This document shows positions 56,209 to 64,000 of a stretch of 64,000 nt of DNA, piece by piece. Below the pieces are notes generated by a model. That model made no database searches, was not told the origin of the DNA, and saw only the letters and a program-made list of their open reading frames with translations. Positions within the stretch are counted from its first letter, which is position 1. The number at the start of each line of letters is the position of its first letter. This DNA comes from an uncultured Nitrososphaerota archaeon. Lineage in GTDB: Archaea; Korarchaeota; Korarchaeia; Korarchaeales; Korarchaeaceae. The stretch is taken from NCBI GenBank assembly GCA_964594835.1, contig CAZQNA010000002.1:1-64000 (forward strand), given 5' to 3'. A program made the position numbers and the translations under genes.

Positions 56209-57015
56209 CTACGGCCTGAGGTGCCTCACCACCGGGAACGGGGGCGGGTTCCTCTTGTGCCAGCTCCTCTCCCTCAGCTCTATGACCCTCCTGACCACGG
56301 CCTCCTCGACCCCGGTGGCCTCGGGGATCTCCCTCGGCTCCATGTTGAGGTCGAGAAGCGCGTGCAGGACGAGATCCACCTGATCGTAGCTCAGACCGAG
56401 CTCACCCTCCGCCGTCTGCCCCGGCCAGAGCCCCGGGGAGCTGGGCTTTGACGCTATCTCCTCCGGTATCCCCAGCTGTCTGGCTAGCTCCCTGACCTGC
56501 GTCTTGAAGAGGTCCGCGATCGGCAGGAAGTCGGCGGCCCCGTCCCCGTACTTGGTGAAGTAGCCTATCTCTATCTCGCTCCTGTCTTCCGTGCCCGCGA
56601 CCAGGAGGTTCCAGGAGTTCGCCAGGTAGTAGAGGACGGTCATCCGCACCCTGGGCCTTATGTTGGCCCTGCTTATCCTGTCCCCCGGCGGGAGGAGCCT
56701 CTCGAACTCCCCCACTATCGGCGTGACGTCCACCCACTCCACCTCGACGCCGAGGGACTCGGCGAGGGCCGCGGCGTCCTCCACGTCCTCCCTCGGGGTG
56801 ACGCCCTCCTCTGGCATGAGGACGACGGTCACGGCCTCCCTCCCGAGCCCCTCCACCAGGAGCGCCGCCGTGAGGGCCGAGTCGACGCCGCCGCTGAGGC
56901 CGACCACGGCCCCGTCGGCGCCGGCGGACTCCACCATCCTCCTGCAGAAGGACGATATCTCTTCGGCGACCTCGCCCCACCTGAGCTCGAGGTCGGCGGG
57001 GGTGACGCGCGGCAT
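56209..57015 (-). CDS. nadE: NH3-dependent NAD+ synthetase
   Basis: GLSGGVDS, NI.PR.RM, GYFTKYGDG, DLFKTQV, KPSSPGLW.GQT.E. Confidence 0.95.
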   Translation of the reverse strand: MPRVTPADLELRWGEVAEEISSFCRRMVESAGADGAVVGLSGGVDSALTAALLVEGLGREAVTVVLMPEEGVTPREDVEDAAALAESLGVEVEWVDVTPIVGEFERLLPPGDRISRANIRPRVRMTVLYYLANSWNLLVAGTEDRSEIEIGYFTKYGDGAADFLPIADLFKTQVRELARQLGIPEEIASKPSSPGLWPGQTAEGELGLSYDQVDLVLHALLDLNMEPREIPEATGVEEAVVRRVIELRERSWHKRNPPPFPVVRHLRP

Positions 57016-57099
57016 CGCACCGCCGCCCGCGGCCCACAGTATTAACGTCTCCGCGCGCGTGGAGCGTCAGTTATATCGAACCCGCCGGCCTGGGCGGCG

Positions 57100-58329
57100 G
57101 TGGAGATGCGGGGCCGGGAGGGTGAGCGCGGGGTCAGGCCGTTTTACGTGGTGACCGGCGAGGAGATCAGGGCCGGGAGGGTCGTGGACGTCTACTTCCT
57201 CAGGACCATGGAGACCCTCAGGCACCTCGGCCTCCAGGACACGAGGGTCGTGGCGGAGATAGCCGCAAGGAGCCTCCCCAGGTCCAGGAGGGGGGGAAGG
57301 TTCGAGTGGGGCGTTCTGGCTGGCGTCGAGGAGGTCGTCAGGCTCCTGGAGGGTAGAAACGTGGACCTCTACTCCCTCCCCGACGGGAGCCTGTTCGAGC
57401 CGGGGCTGCCGGTCATGAGGATAGAGGGGCCCTACTCGGAGTTCGGCCCGCTCGAGACCTCAATCCTGGGGTTCCTGTGCTCCATGTCTGGAGTCGCCAC
57501 GGCCGCGGCGCACGTGAAGGTGGCGGCCGGCGGGAGGCCTGTGGTGAACTTCGGCATCAGGAGGAACCACCCGGCCATCTCCCTCGCGATAGAGAGGGCG
57601 AGCCTGATAGGCGGCCTGGACGGCTCCTCCGGCATACTCCTGGAGGAGATTGGCTTCAAGCCGGTAGGCACGATGCCGCACGCCCTCATCATAATCGCTG
57701 GTGACCAGGTCACGGCCTGGAGGGCGTTCGATGAGGCCGTGCCGGAGGACGTCCCCAGGATAGCGCTGGTGGACACGCTTTGCGACGAGAAGACGGAGGC
57801 TCTCAAGGCCGCTGAGGCCCTGGGGGAGAGGCTGTACGGGGTGAGGCTCGACACCCCCTCCTCCAGAAGGGGGAGGATGGAGGAGATAGTCAGGGAGGTT
57901 CGGTGGGAGCTCGACCTCCGCGGCTTCAACCACGTCAAGATATTCGTGTCTGGCGGCCTGGACGAGGTGTCCGTGGAGAGCCTCGCGAGGGCCGGGGCCG
58001 ACGCCTTCGGCGTGGGGAGCAGGATATGCGGGGCCGACCCGGTGGACTTCGGCATGGACGTGGTGGAGGTGGAGGGCGAGCCGAGGGCCAAGAGGGGCAT
58101 AAGGTCAGGGGCCAAGGACGTCTTCAGGTGCCCCAGGTGCCTCAGGTACACCGTTCTGCCGAAGGGCCCCGAGCCTCCAGAGTGCCCCGAGTGCGGTGTC
58201 AGGACCGAGGGGGCCTATGTGAAGTACCTGGAGGGCGGCAGGCTGGTCGCCGACCTCCCGCCCACCGCCGAGCTGAGGGAGAGGACCCTCTCCCAGCTCA
58301 GGAGGCTGGGCCTCCTGCCGGCCGGTTAG
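57100..58329 (+). CDS. pncB: Nicotinate phosphoribosyltransferase
   Basis: DVYFLRT, FGIRRNHP, GTMPHA, LVDT, VRLDTPSSRRG, FVSGGL, FGVG; C-terminal CxxC..CxxC. Confidence 0.93.
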   Translation: MEMRGREGERGVRPFYVVTGEEIRAGRVVDVYFLRTMETLRHLGLQDTRVVAEIAARSLPRSRRGGRFEWGVLAGVEEVVRLLEGRNVDLYSLPDGSLFEPGLPVMRIEGPYSEFGPLETSILGFLCSMSGVATAAAHVKVAAGGRPVVNFGIRRNHPAISLAIERASLIGGLDGSSGILLEEIGFKPVGTMPHALIIIAGDQVTAWRAFDEAVPEDVPRIALVDTLCDEKTEALKAAEALGERLYGVRLDTPSSRRGRMEEIVREVRWELDLRGFNHVKIFVSGGLDEVSVESLARAGADAFGVGSRICGADPVDFGMDVVEVEGEPRAKRGIRSGAKDVFRCPRCLRYTVLPKGPEPPECPECGVRTEGAYVKYLEGGRLVADLPPTAELRERTLSQLRRLGLLPAG

Positions 58330-58420
58330 CCCGACCCGCCGGCCCTCTGGGCCCCTTAGCCGGCCGGGGAGGAGACCAAGCGTTCAGAGTGTTTAAATCC
58401 GCGGGCCGAGATTTAGCCGT

Positions 58421-59182
58421 ATGAGCTACAAGGTCAACTCGTTCTACTACTACGTTCAGGATCTGAGCGAGTACTTCGAGAGCTTCGTCGAGAGGCTCAT
58501 GACCCAGCTGGCCCTAGAGGGCACGGCCATTTCGGACAAGGAGATCTCTGAGGACTTCGCCAGGATGAAGGTCCGGTACATGGACGAGAGGGGGACGCTG
58601 GTGGCGGCTCCCGTGGACAGGGACATCAAGGTGGTCTACGAGGTCGAGGGGGGAGGGATAGTCAGGAAGTCCCTCTGGGGCGCCATAACCGGGGGAGGCC
58701 TGGCCAGCCTGGCCAGCGGCCTGCTGGGGGGCGACGTTGACAGCATCAAGAGCGCGCTCACCGGTGCCGTGGTGGGAGGGGCGTACGGCCTCAAGGACGG
58801 CTTCGAGACGGCCATGGAGGACGCCACCAACTTCTCCAGGCTTCTGGCCCACGCTATTAGGAGCGTGGAGGAGGAGCTGAAGCAGATCAAGAGGGGCAAG
58901 GAGGCTGCCATAGAGGAGAGGAGGAGAGAGGAGAAGGAGCTTAAGGAGAGGCTCGAGGAGATCTACGCCGAGGCGGTGACGGTGGGCGAGGAGATAGATC
59001 TGCTCGACTCGGAGGGGAAGGACGTGGCGAAGGCCAGGGCCCGGTACGAGAAGGCCCTGGAGCTCCTGGACGAGGCCGACGACGCCCTGAAGAGGGGCAA
59101 GGAGATGCTGGCCAAGGCCAAGATAAGGTCGGCGGAGAGGATGGTCCAGCTGGCCCGGGACGAGCTGGCAAAGGTCGGGTGA
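58421..59182 (+). CDS. Hypothetical protein with a glycine-zipper hairpin and coiled coil
   Basis: GAITGGGLASLASGLLGG...GAVVGGAYG; charged heptads; TTTAAAT promoter at about 58392. Confidence 0.8.
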   Translation: MSYKVNSFYYYVQDLSEYFESFVERLMTQLALEGTAISDKEISEDFARMKVRYMDERGTLVAAPVDRDIKVVYEVEGGGIVRKSLWGAITGGGLASLASGLLGGDVDSIKSALTGAVVGGAYGLKDGFETAMEDATNFSRLLAHAIRSVEEELKQIKRGKEAAIEERRREEKELKERLEEIYAEAVTVGEEIDLLDSEGKDVAKARARYEKALELLDEADDALKRGKEMLAKAKIRSAERMVQLARDELAKVG

Positions 59183-59192
59183 AGCCGGGAGT

Positions 59193-59648
59193 TCAGCCCA
59201 GAACCCGGGACGGCACCCCCTCGGCCTCCGCCGCCTCGGCCAGCCTGGAGTCCCCCGTGAGGAGCACCTCCGCCCGCACGTGCTTCGCGGTGGAGATCTG
59301 AAGGGCGTCTGCGACGTACAGGTGCCGCCTCTCAAGTATCCTCCAGCTCTCCGCGAGCAGCGACGACTTGACAGGCACCAGGGACAACGCGCCCAGCCTC
59401 CACATCCTCAGGGTCTCTGAAAGAAAGCGGGAGCGGGCCGTCGAGTGGGCCGAGGCGTCGAGCCTCCCCAGCCTGAGGGCTCTGTCCAGCGCGCCCAGCA
59501 CCTCCCCCACGTTCCAGATGCTCATGGAGAGGGTGACCTCACCGGAGTACGCCCTGATGTACGCCTTCCGAGCCTCCTCGCTCCCCTCCTCCAGGACGTA
59601 CCTCTTGATGCACGCGCTGCTATCCAGATACACCACCGGCCCTGGCAT
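59193..59648 (-). CDS. vapC: VapC/PIN toxin
   Basis: YLDSSACIKRYV.E.GS, WNVGE, YVADALQI, LTGD..L. Confidence 0.92.
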   Translation of the reverse strand: MPGPVVYLDSSACIKRYVLEEGSEEARKAYIRAYSGEVTLSMSIWNVGEVLGALDRALRLGRLDASAHSTARSRFLSETLRMWRLGALSLVPVKSSLLAESWRILERRHLYVADALQISTAKHVRAEVLLTGDSRLAEAAEAEGVPSRVLG

Positions 59649-59892
59649 CCCTCATCTCCCTCACCAGCGGGCCGACCGGCGCCGAGGGCCTGACGGGCTC
59701 GAAGTCCACCTCGTAGTCGACCTCGCCAGCCAGGTCAAGGAGGGCCTCCTCCAGACCCGTCACAACCTCTTCCCTGAGTATCTCCTCCAGAAGCCGGCTC
59801 GCCTCGATCCCCCTCCTCCTTGCCGCGGCCTTGAAGGCCTCCCAGACCTCCTCGTCTAGGTAGACGCTGGTCCGTATCTTCCCCGGCGTCAT
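59620..59892 (-). CDS. vapB: RHH/CopG-type antitoxin
   Basis: KIRTSVYLDEEVWEAFK..A; C-terminal LVREMRD; overlaps the toxin gene. Confidence 0.85.
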   Translation of the reverse strand: MTPGKIRTSVYLDEEVWEAFKAAARRRGIEASRLLEEILREEVVTGLEEALLDLAGEVDYEVDFEPVRPSAPVGPLVREMRDARAGGVSG

Positions 59893-60012
59893 CAATAAAT
59901 TACTCATTGTATTACATTATTTAACTTACTCAGCAACGAGAGAGCATCGTCCTCGCTCCTATCTGTCACTTCGTCATCGCACCTGCCCTGAGGGACCTGC
60001 GGCTCCCTCACA

Positions 60013-60156
60013 CTACTCCCTCGGCTCAAACGCCTTGGCTGGACACTTCTCGACAGGCATGTCCGCCGGTACCACGTGCCCGAAGCAGTCCCCCTTCTCC
60101 TCGTCTATGGGCCTGTAATACTTACAATCCTTGCAAGTGTACCTCCTCTCACCCAC
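60013..60156 (-). CDS. 47-aa Cys4 protein resembling the BssC/benzylsuccinate synthase gamma-subunit family (absent from the ORF track)
   Basis: MGERRYTCKDCKYYRPIDEEKGDCFGHVVPADMPVEKCPAKAFEPRE*; SD GGAGGTGA; 8-nt overlap with the AbrB stop. Confidence 0.8.
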   Translation of the reverse strand: MGERRYTCKDCKYYRPIDEEKGDCFGHVVPADMPVEKCPAKAFEPRE

Positions 60157-60415
60157 CTCGATCACCTCCCAACCTCCTCAGCTTGAGGAAGAACTCCTCG
60201 TCCTCTCGGAGCCTGCCCATGAGTTCGTCCATCGCGTCCAGCTTAATCAGAACGATGCCCGCGTCGTCTCTCCTCCTGAGAACCAGCAGCTGGTCTCCCT
60301 CCCGGATGTTGAGGTCCTCCCTGGCCGCCACGGGTATGGAGATCTGACCCTTTGAGCTCACCGTGACGACCCCGTAGACTATTCGCCTCTTCGTGCACTC
60401 GCCCCTCTCCCCCAT
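60149..60415 (-). CDS. AbrB/MazE/SpoVT family DNA-binding protein
   Basis: YGVVTVSSKGQISIP..AREDLNIREGDQLLV. Confidence 0.92.
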   Translation of the reverse strand: MGERGECTKRRIVYGVVTVSSKGQISIPVAAREDLNIREGDQLLVLRRRDDAGIVLIKLDAMDELMGRLREDEEFFLKLRRLGGDRGG

Positions 60416-60432
60416 GAGCTGGCTCCAACAAG

Positions 60433-60460
60433 TCTTACTTTTCTTACATCTTAAGTTTAT
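60433..60460 (-). promoter_or_regulatory. AbrB promoter with direct-repeat operator
   Basis: TCTTAC at 60433 and 60442, TCTTAA at 60449, overlapping a TATA-like element. Confidence 0.55.
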
Positions 60461-60529
60461 CGGAAGATCTTGACGGCCGCCCGCGCGTTGACCCCCTGTC
60501 ACCTGGACTGGCGATCATCGGCCCCATTC

Positions 60530-60613
60530 CTTCTCGCGAGAGATGCCGAGGAGGCGATTGAGAGGGACAAGGAACTGATTAAGCTGATAGAGGAGGTGCT
60601 ATCAGACCTCTGA
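60530..60613 (+). pseudogene. C-terminal remnant of a HEPN-like gene
   Basis: LLARDAEEAIERDKELIKLIEEVLSDL* resembles the final HEPN helix; no matching N-terminal part. Confidence 0.4.
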
Positions 60614-60643
60614 CCCGGTAGACGCGTCAAGGGGAGGATATGT

Positions 60644-61510
60644 TCACAAGAGCATGTACCGGACCCCGTGCCTCCTGCAGGCCTCCCTCGCCAGCTTGTC
60701 AAGCCTCGCTTGGTAGCTGCCGGGTGGATAGGGGCTGGAGGAGAAGAGATCTCGGTAGGTTGCCAGGAGTTCCGGGAACCTCTGGGAGAGCAGGCCCTCG
60801 ACGGCCGCTCTCACATCCCCTGGGACGGTTAGGGCGCCGACGAAGACGTGGCTCGCCCCTGCCTCCGCCGCGGCCTCGATCATGCGGTCGAGTTCCTCCT
60901 CGCCGTCTGAGATCCCCGGGAGGACTGGGATGAAGGCCACCCCGGCGGCCAGCCCCTCCTCTGAGAGCCTCCTCACGACCTCTAACCTGCGCTCCGGCGG
61001 CGGGGCGCCCGGCTCGAACGCCCTCGCGGCCTCCGGGTCGAGAGTCGAGATTGAGACGGTCACGATGACCCCTCTGACCCTCCCCCTAAGGTCCGGCGGG
61101 AGGATTGCCCTCTCGGCCGCCTCCCTCAGCAGGTCGGCGTCCCTCAGCACGAGGTCGGACTTGGTCAGCACATGCACGGGGAACCTCAGGGAGGAGATCA
61201 CCTCGAGGCACCGCCTGGTCAGCCTGAGTTCGACCTCGGCCGGCATGTAGGGCTCGGTCGCCGTCCCGAGGGCGATGAAGCCCCTTCTGCCCGCCCTGGA
61301 CTCCGCCCTGAGCTGCCTCGCCAAGACCTCGGGGGCGTTCACCTTGGCCTTGACTACCCCAGGGCGCCCGGAGCCGTACTTCGTCCCCCTGGTGTAGCAG
61401 TACACGCAGGAGAAGGGGCACCCGTAGTAGGGGTTAACCGAGTACTCGTCGAGGAACCAGTCGTCCCTCCTCCTGTGCCTGTTCAGGACCGACTTGACCT
61501 CGACCTTCAT
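60644..61510 (-). CDS. Radical SAM protein, SplB/Rv2578c-like DNA-repair family
   Basis: VNPYYGCPFSCVYCY, GTATEPY.P.E, LTKS..VLRD, FEPGAPPP.RRL. Confidence 0.92.
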   Translation of the reverse strand: MKVEVKSVLNRHRRRDDWFLDEYSVNPYYGCPFSCVYCYTRGTKYGSGRPGVVKAKVNAPEVLARQLRAESRAGRRGFIALGTATEPYMPAEVELRLTRRCLEVISSLRFPVHVLTKSDLVLRDADLLREAAERAILPPDLRGRVRGVIVTVSISTLDPEAARAFEPGAPPPERRLEVVRRLSEEGLAAGVAFIPVLPGISDGEEELDRMIEAAAEAGASHVFVGALTVPGDVRAAVEGLLSQRFPELLATYRDLFSSSPYPPGSYQARLDKLAREACRRHGVRYMLL

Positions 61511-61707
61511 CAAAGTCGCTCACCCGGAACTATCGGGGCCCTCTTCGAGCCCCGAATGGGGGATTCCCTGACCGGCGCACGGGTCTCTCCCCCTGACACA
61601 TGCCCTTACTCTGCTGCGAGCAGGCCGCACCGGCCCGCCCTCCTTTGTCTTAGATTTTCTCATGCCAATAAGGTGAGTGCGACGCGTTCCTGCGAGGTCC
61701 CCCGACG

Positions 61708-62040
61708 TTAGGCCTCCACCCTTACCCTAAACGATGGCTCAACCCCCCTCACCGTCAAGAAGTCCTCGTCCTTGGTGATCAGTTCCTCACCCCTGTTGAT
61801 GCAGGCTGCCGCCACTAGGAGGTCGGCGGCGCTCATGGGCTTCCCCAGCTCCCTAAGCCTCTCTTGGAGGCTGGCGGCGAGTATTTGATCCCTCACGGAT
61901 ATGAAGTATATCTGTCCGCGGAACTTCTGGTAGCCCCTTAGCGGCGGGTACTCGATCAGCGCTATCGAGGTGACGTTCTCCCGGATCTCGAGCCCCTTCT
62001 TGACCCTGGCCATGAGGGAGGATGTGTCCAGGATCGCCAT
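61708..62040 (-). CDS. vapC: VapC/PIN toxin
   Basis: ILDTS, IEYP, G.PMSAADLLVAA.C, LITKDEDF. Confidence 0.9.
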   Translation of the reverse strand: MAILDTSSLMARVKKGLEIRENVTSIALIEYPPLRGYQKFRGQIYFISVRDQILAASLQERLRELGKPMSAADLLVAAACINRGEELITKDEDFLTVRGVEPSFRVRVEA

Positions 62041-62330
62041 CAAGAGGCCCCCTCCTCGACGCCAAGGTTGGTGATTCTCCTCCTCTCCCTCACCCTCATT
62101 CTCCTCTGAAGCTCCGCCTCGTCGGTCGTCGGCTCTTCTCCGGTGACGGTCACTCCGCTGACCTCTAGAAGGAGGTCAAGCTCCCTCAGCGTCAGACCTT
62201 CGTCCTGTGCCTTCATGTGGAGGATCTCCTTGACTATGGCTCTCCTGGCAACTTCAGACCAGTTGACGCTCCTGTACTTCTTCATCAGCCTGTACAGCTC
62301 CTCCGGAATGCTTAGCGTGATATTTGCCAT
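62040..62330 (-). CDS. vapB: RHH antitoxin
   Basis: MANITLSIPEELYRLMKKY..VNWSEVARRAI; TGATG overlap with the toxin gene. Confidence 0.88.
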   Translation of the reverse strand: MANITLSIPEELYRLMKKYRSVNWSEVARRAIVKEILHMKAQDEGLTLRELDLLLEVSGVTVTGEEPTTDEAELQRRMRVRERRRITNLGVEEGAS

Positions 62331-62363
62331 ACGTGGATAATGTGAATTACGTGAAAATAAAAA
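62331..62363 (-). promoter_or_regulatory. Leaderless TA promoter with a triple-repeat operator
   Basis: ACGTG/ATGTG/ACGTG at 62331, 62340, 62349 (9-nt period) between the TATA (about 62355-62362) and the ATG. Confidence 0.6.
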
Positions 62364-62403
62364 GTGGAGCTGAGCTTGGAGAGGCCTCCATCGCGGCGAC
62401 CCC

Positions 62404-63009
62404 TTACCTCCTCGATACGAACCTGCTCCCGGCAACGTAGAACCTCAGCGGCCTGAGGGCGTCCTCGCCAGCATAGTCCACCCCGACCCTGGGCCTCCTC
62501 ACGACTTCCCCGACCTCGTACCCCACGTCCTCGAAGTATATGGGCCCCTCCGCCAGGTCCGCACCGTTGTGCTCCTTCGTTATTCCCATGGCCTGGGTGA
62601 GCCTCCCCGGACCGGAGCAGAGCTTCTTCATGTCCGAGGGCTTCTCCACCTTCACCCCCCGCCTCCTGGCCATGAGCTCTATCCCCTCCCTGGGCTCCAG
62701 CGCCCTGATCAGAACGGCAGTCGGCTCCCCAGGCGGTCCGGCCACCACGTTCAGCAGGGGCTTCCCGTGCACCACGTACACGTAGGCGCGCCCGCACGGC
62801 CCGTAGAGGGGATCCATCCTGGGGGTCCTCCTGCCCCCGTACCCGTGCGACGCCCTGTCCTCCCTCCCGAGGTAGGCCTCAGTCTCCACCACTATCCCGG
62901 AGGTCTTTCCCTCTCGAGACTCGTGGACGAGCAGCTTGCCCAGGAGATCGACGGCCAGCGTCACCGGGTCCTTGCAGAAGAAATCCCTCGAGAGTCTCCT
63001 CCCCGTCAC
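62404..63009 (-). CDS. mpg: DNA-3-methyladenine glycosylase (MPG/AAG family)
   Basis: IVVETEAYLG..D.ASH, AYVY..HG, AVLIRALEP, GPGRLTQA, PRVGV. Confidence 0.93.
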   Translation of the reverse strand: MTGRRLSRDFFCKDPVTLAVDLLGKLLVHESREGKTSGIVVETEAYLGREDRASHGYGGRRTPRMDPLYGPCGRAYVYVVHGKPLLNVVAGPPGEPTAVLIRALEPREGIELMARRRGVKVEKPSDMKKLCSGPGRLTQAMGITKEHNGADLAEGPIYFEDVGYEVGEVVRRPRVGVDYAGEDALRPLRFYVAGSRFVSRR

Positions 63010-63077
63010 CGCGGCACGCCCGCCAACCGCACGAAATAAAGGATCCGCTACCGACTTCGCCGACCCGTGAGAGGTTT

Positions 63078-63842
63078 TTGGCAAGTCGCGGGCCTGGCCA
63101 ACCCGTGGGGACCCTGATCGAGAAACTGAAATGGGCTCTCAGTGACCTGATTGCGGAGAGAGGACTTCAGGACGAGTCAGTTGAGGTCCGAGCGGAGGTC
63201 CTGTCTCCTGACGAGGCCATCGGCGACCCCGGAAGCATGGAGTTCCCCCTCGCCCGGGGCGAGGAGAGGATGGTCGAGGCGACGGTCCTCGGCGCCAGGG
63301 GGCAGGCCTTCACCGGACACCCGTGGGAGTTCTCCGGAACCCTGGGCGAGGTCCTGAAGCTCGACGCCTCAGACCTCCGCCTGAGGGCTATCTTGGTGGC
63401 GACGTCCAACGCCCTGGTCCGGGCGCTGGGCCTCGCGGACAGGACTGTCCACTGCAGGGACAAGGACCCCTGGAGGTGCGCGGAGAGGCTGGCCGAGTGG
63501 GTATCCGGACTGGGCGTCGAGAGGGTGGCCCTGATAGGGTACCAGCCGGCCATGGCTCGCTCCCTGGCCCGGCCGCTCAGCGGGGCCCGCCTGAGGATAA
63601 CCGACATGAATCCCAGGAACGTCGGGAAGATGGTAGAGGGCGTCGAGGTGGAGCCCCACTCCTCGGACGGGGAGGCCGTCCAGTGGGCCGACCTCGCCCT
63701 CGTGACCAGCAGCGTGGTGGCCAACGGCACCCTCGACGACCTGATCTCCGCCCCCTCGGAAAAGATCGTGCTCTACGGCGTCACCGGGGCCTCCGCCGAG
63801 GCTCTACTCGGGTTCAGGAGGTGGTGCCCCCTCGGGAGGTGA
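63078..63842 (+). CDS. DUF364 / Rossmann-like putative metal-chelation protein
   Basis: GARGQAFT, RAILVATSNA, TVHC.D..P..C, VT.S...NGT, YGVTGA. Confidence 0.75.
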   Translation: MASRGPGQPVGTLIEKLKWALSDLIAERGLQDESVEVRAEVLSPDEAIGDPGSMEFPLARGEERMVEATVLGARGQAFTGHPWEFSGTLGEVLKLDASDLRLRAILVATSNALVRALGLADRTVHCRDKDPWRCAERLAEWVSGLGVERVALIGYQPAMARSLARPLSGARLRITDMNPRNVGKMVEGVEVEPHSSDGEAVQWADLALVTSSVVANGTLDDLISAPSEKIVLYGVTGASAEALLGFRRWCPLGR

Positions 63843-63919
63843 CCCCCGGGCGAACCCGCCCTCCCGGCCTGCGGGGGCTCCCTCTCAGGATAATATTTGA
63901 CCGCCCCTTCCTCAGGTAG

Positions 63920-64000
63920 ATGCCGGCCGGAGATCCAGCCGTCCTCGCGGAGGCGGCTCGGGAGCTGAGCAGGGGCAGGCGGGTGGCGCTCTGCACGGTC
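63920..64000 (+). CDS. XdhC/CoxI family protein, N-terminal part (runs off the window)
   Basis: MPAGDPAVLAEAARELSRGRRVALCTV resembles the XdhC N-terminus; only 27 codons visible. Confidence 0.5.
   Translation, partial: MPAGDPAVLAEAARELSRGRRVALCTV

Noticed and set aside
56209-58329. Divergent nadE/pncB pair
   Set aside because: Ordinary NAD salvage clustering; not novel.
61531-61555. Hairpin TCGGGGC...GCCCCGA upstream of the radical SAM gene
   Set aside because: A single 7-bp GC stem with no riboswitch or other supporting features.

Overview
High-GC, gene-dense chromosomal segment from an archaeon, probably a thermophilic TACK-type lineage (AGG-rich codons, TATA-type promoters, AMP phosphorylase, a C/D box guide RNA). 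I see no rRNA, tRNA or CRISPR array. The left edge (1-2850) looks like a decayed accessory island: a C/D box sRNA (1-49), a dif-like/TATA palindrome, an unannotated four-hairpin RNA-like element (102-226), a broken Xer/integrase N-terminal fragment, an orphan HEPN gene and a surface protein. The core carries three ABC importers (branched-chain amino acid, Fe3+/thiamine-like, oligopeptide). It also has two tandem surface-anchored metallophosphoesterases, two secreted transglutaminase-like proteins, nucleotide/NAD salvage genes (AMP phosphorylase, tmk, nadE, pncB) and a His-rich protein pair divergent from a TorD-like chaperone. Around 49.7-59.2 kb is a cluster of unusual proteins: JAB, YbjN, an ATP-cone nuclease, a degenerate PqaA-like hydrolase, a divergent MCM-like AAA+ ATPase, a HerA-like ATPase with a CdvA-like tail, and a glycine-zipper coiled-coil protein. 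The right end is an AT-richer toxin-antitoxin/DNA-repair patch with an unlisted 47-aa Cys4 protein coupled to an AbrB regulator. Three genes carry apparent single-base homopolymer deletions, probably assembly artefacts. All calls come from reading motifs by eye; no searches were run.
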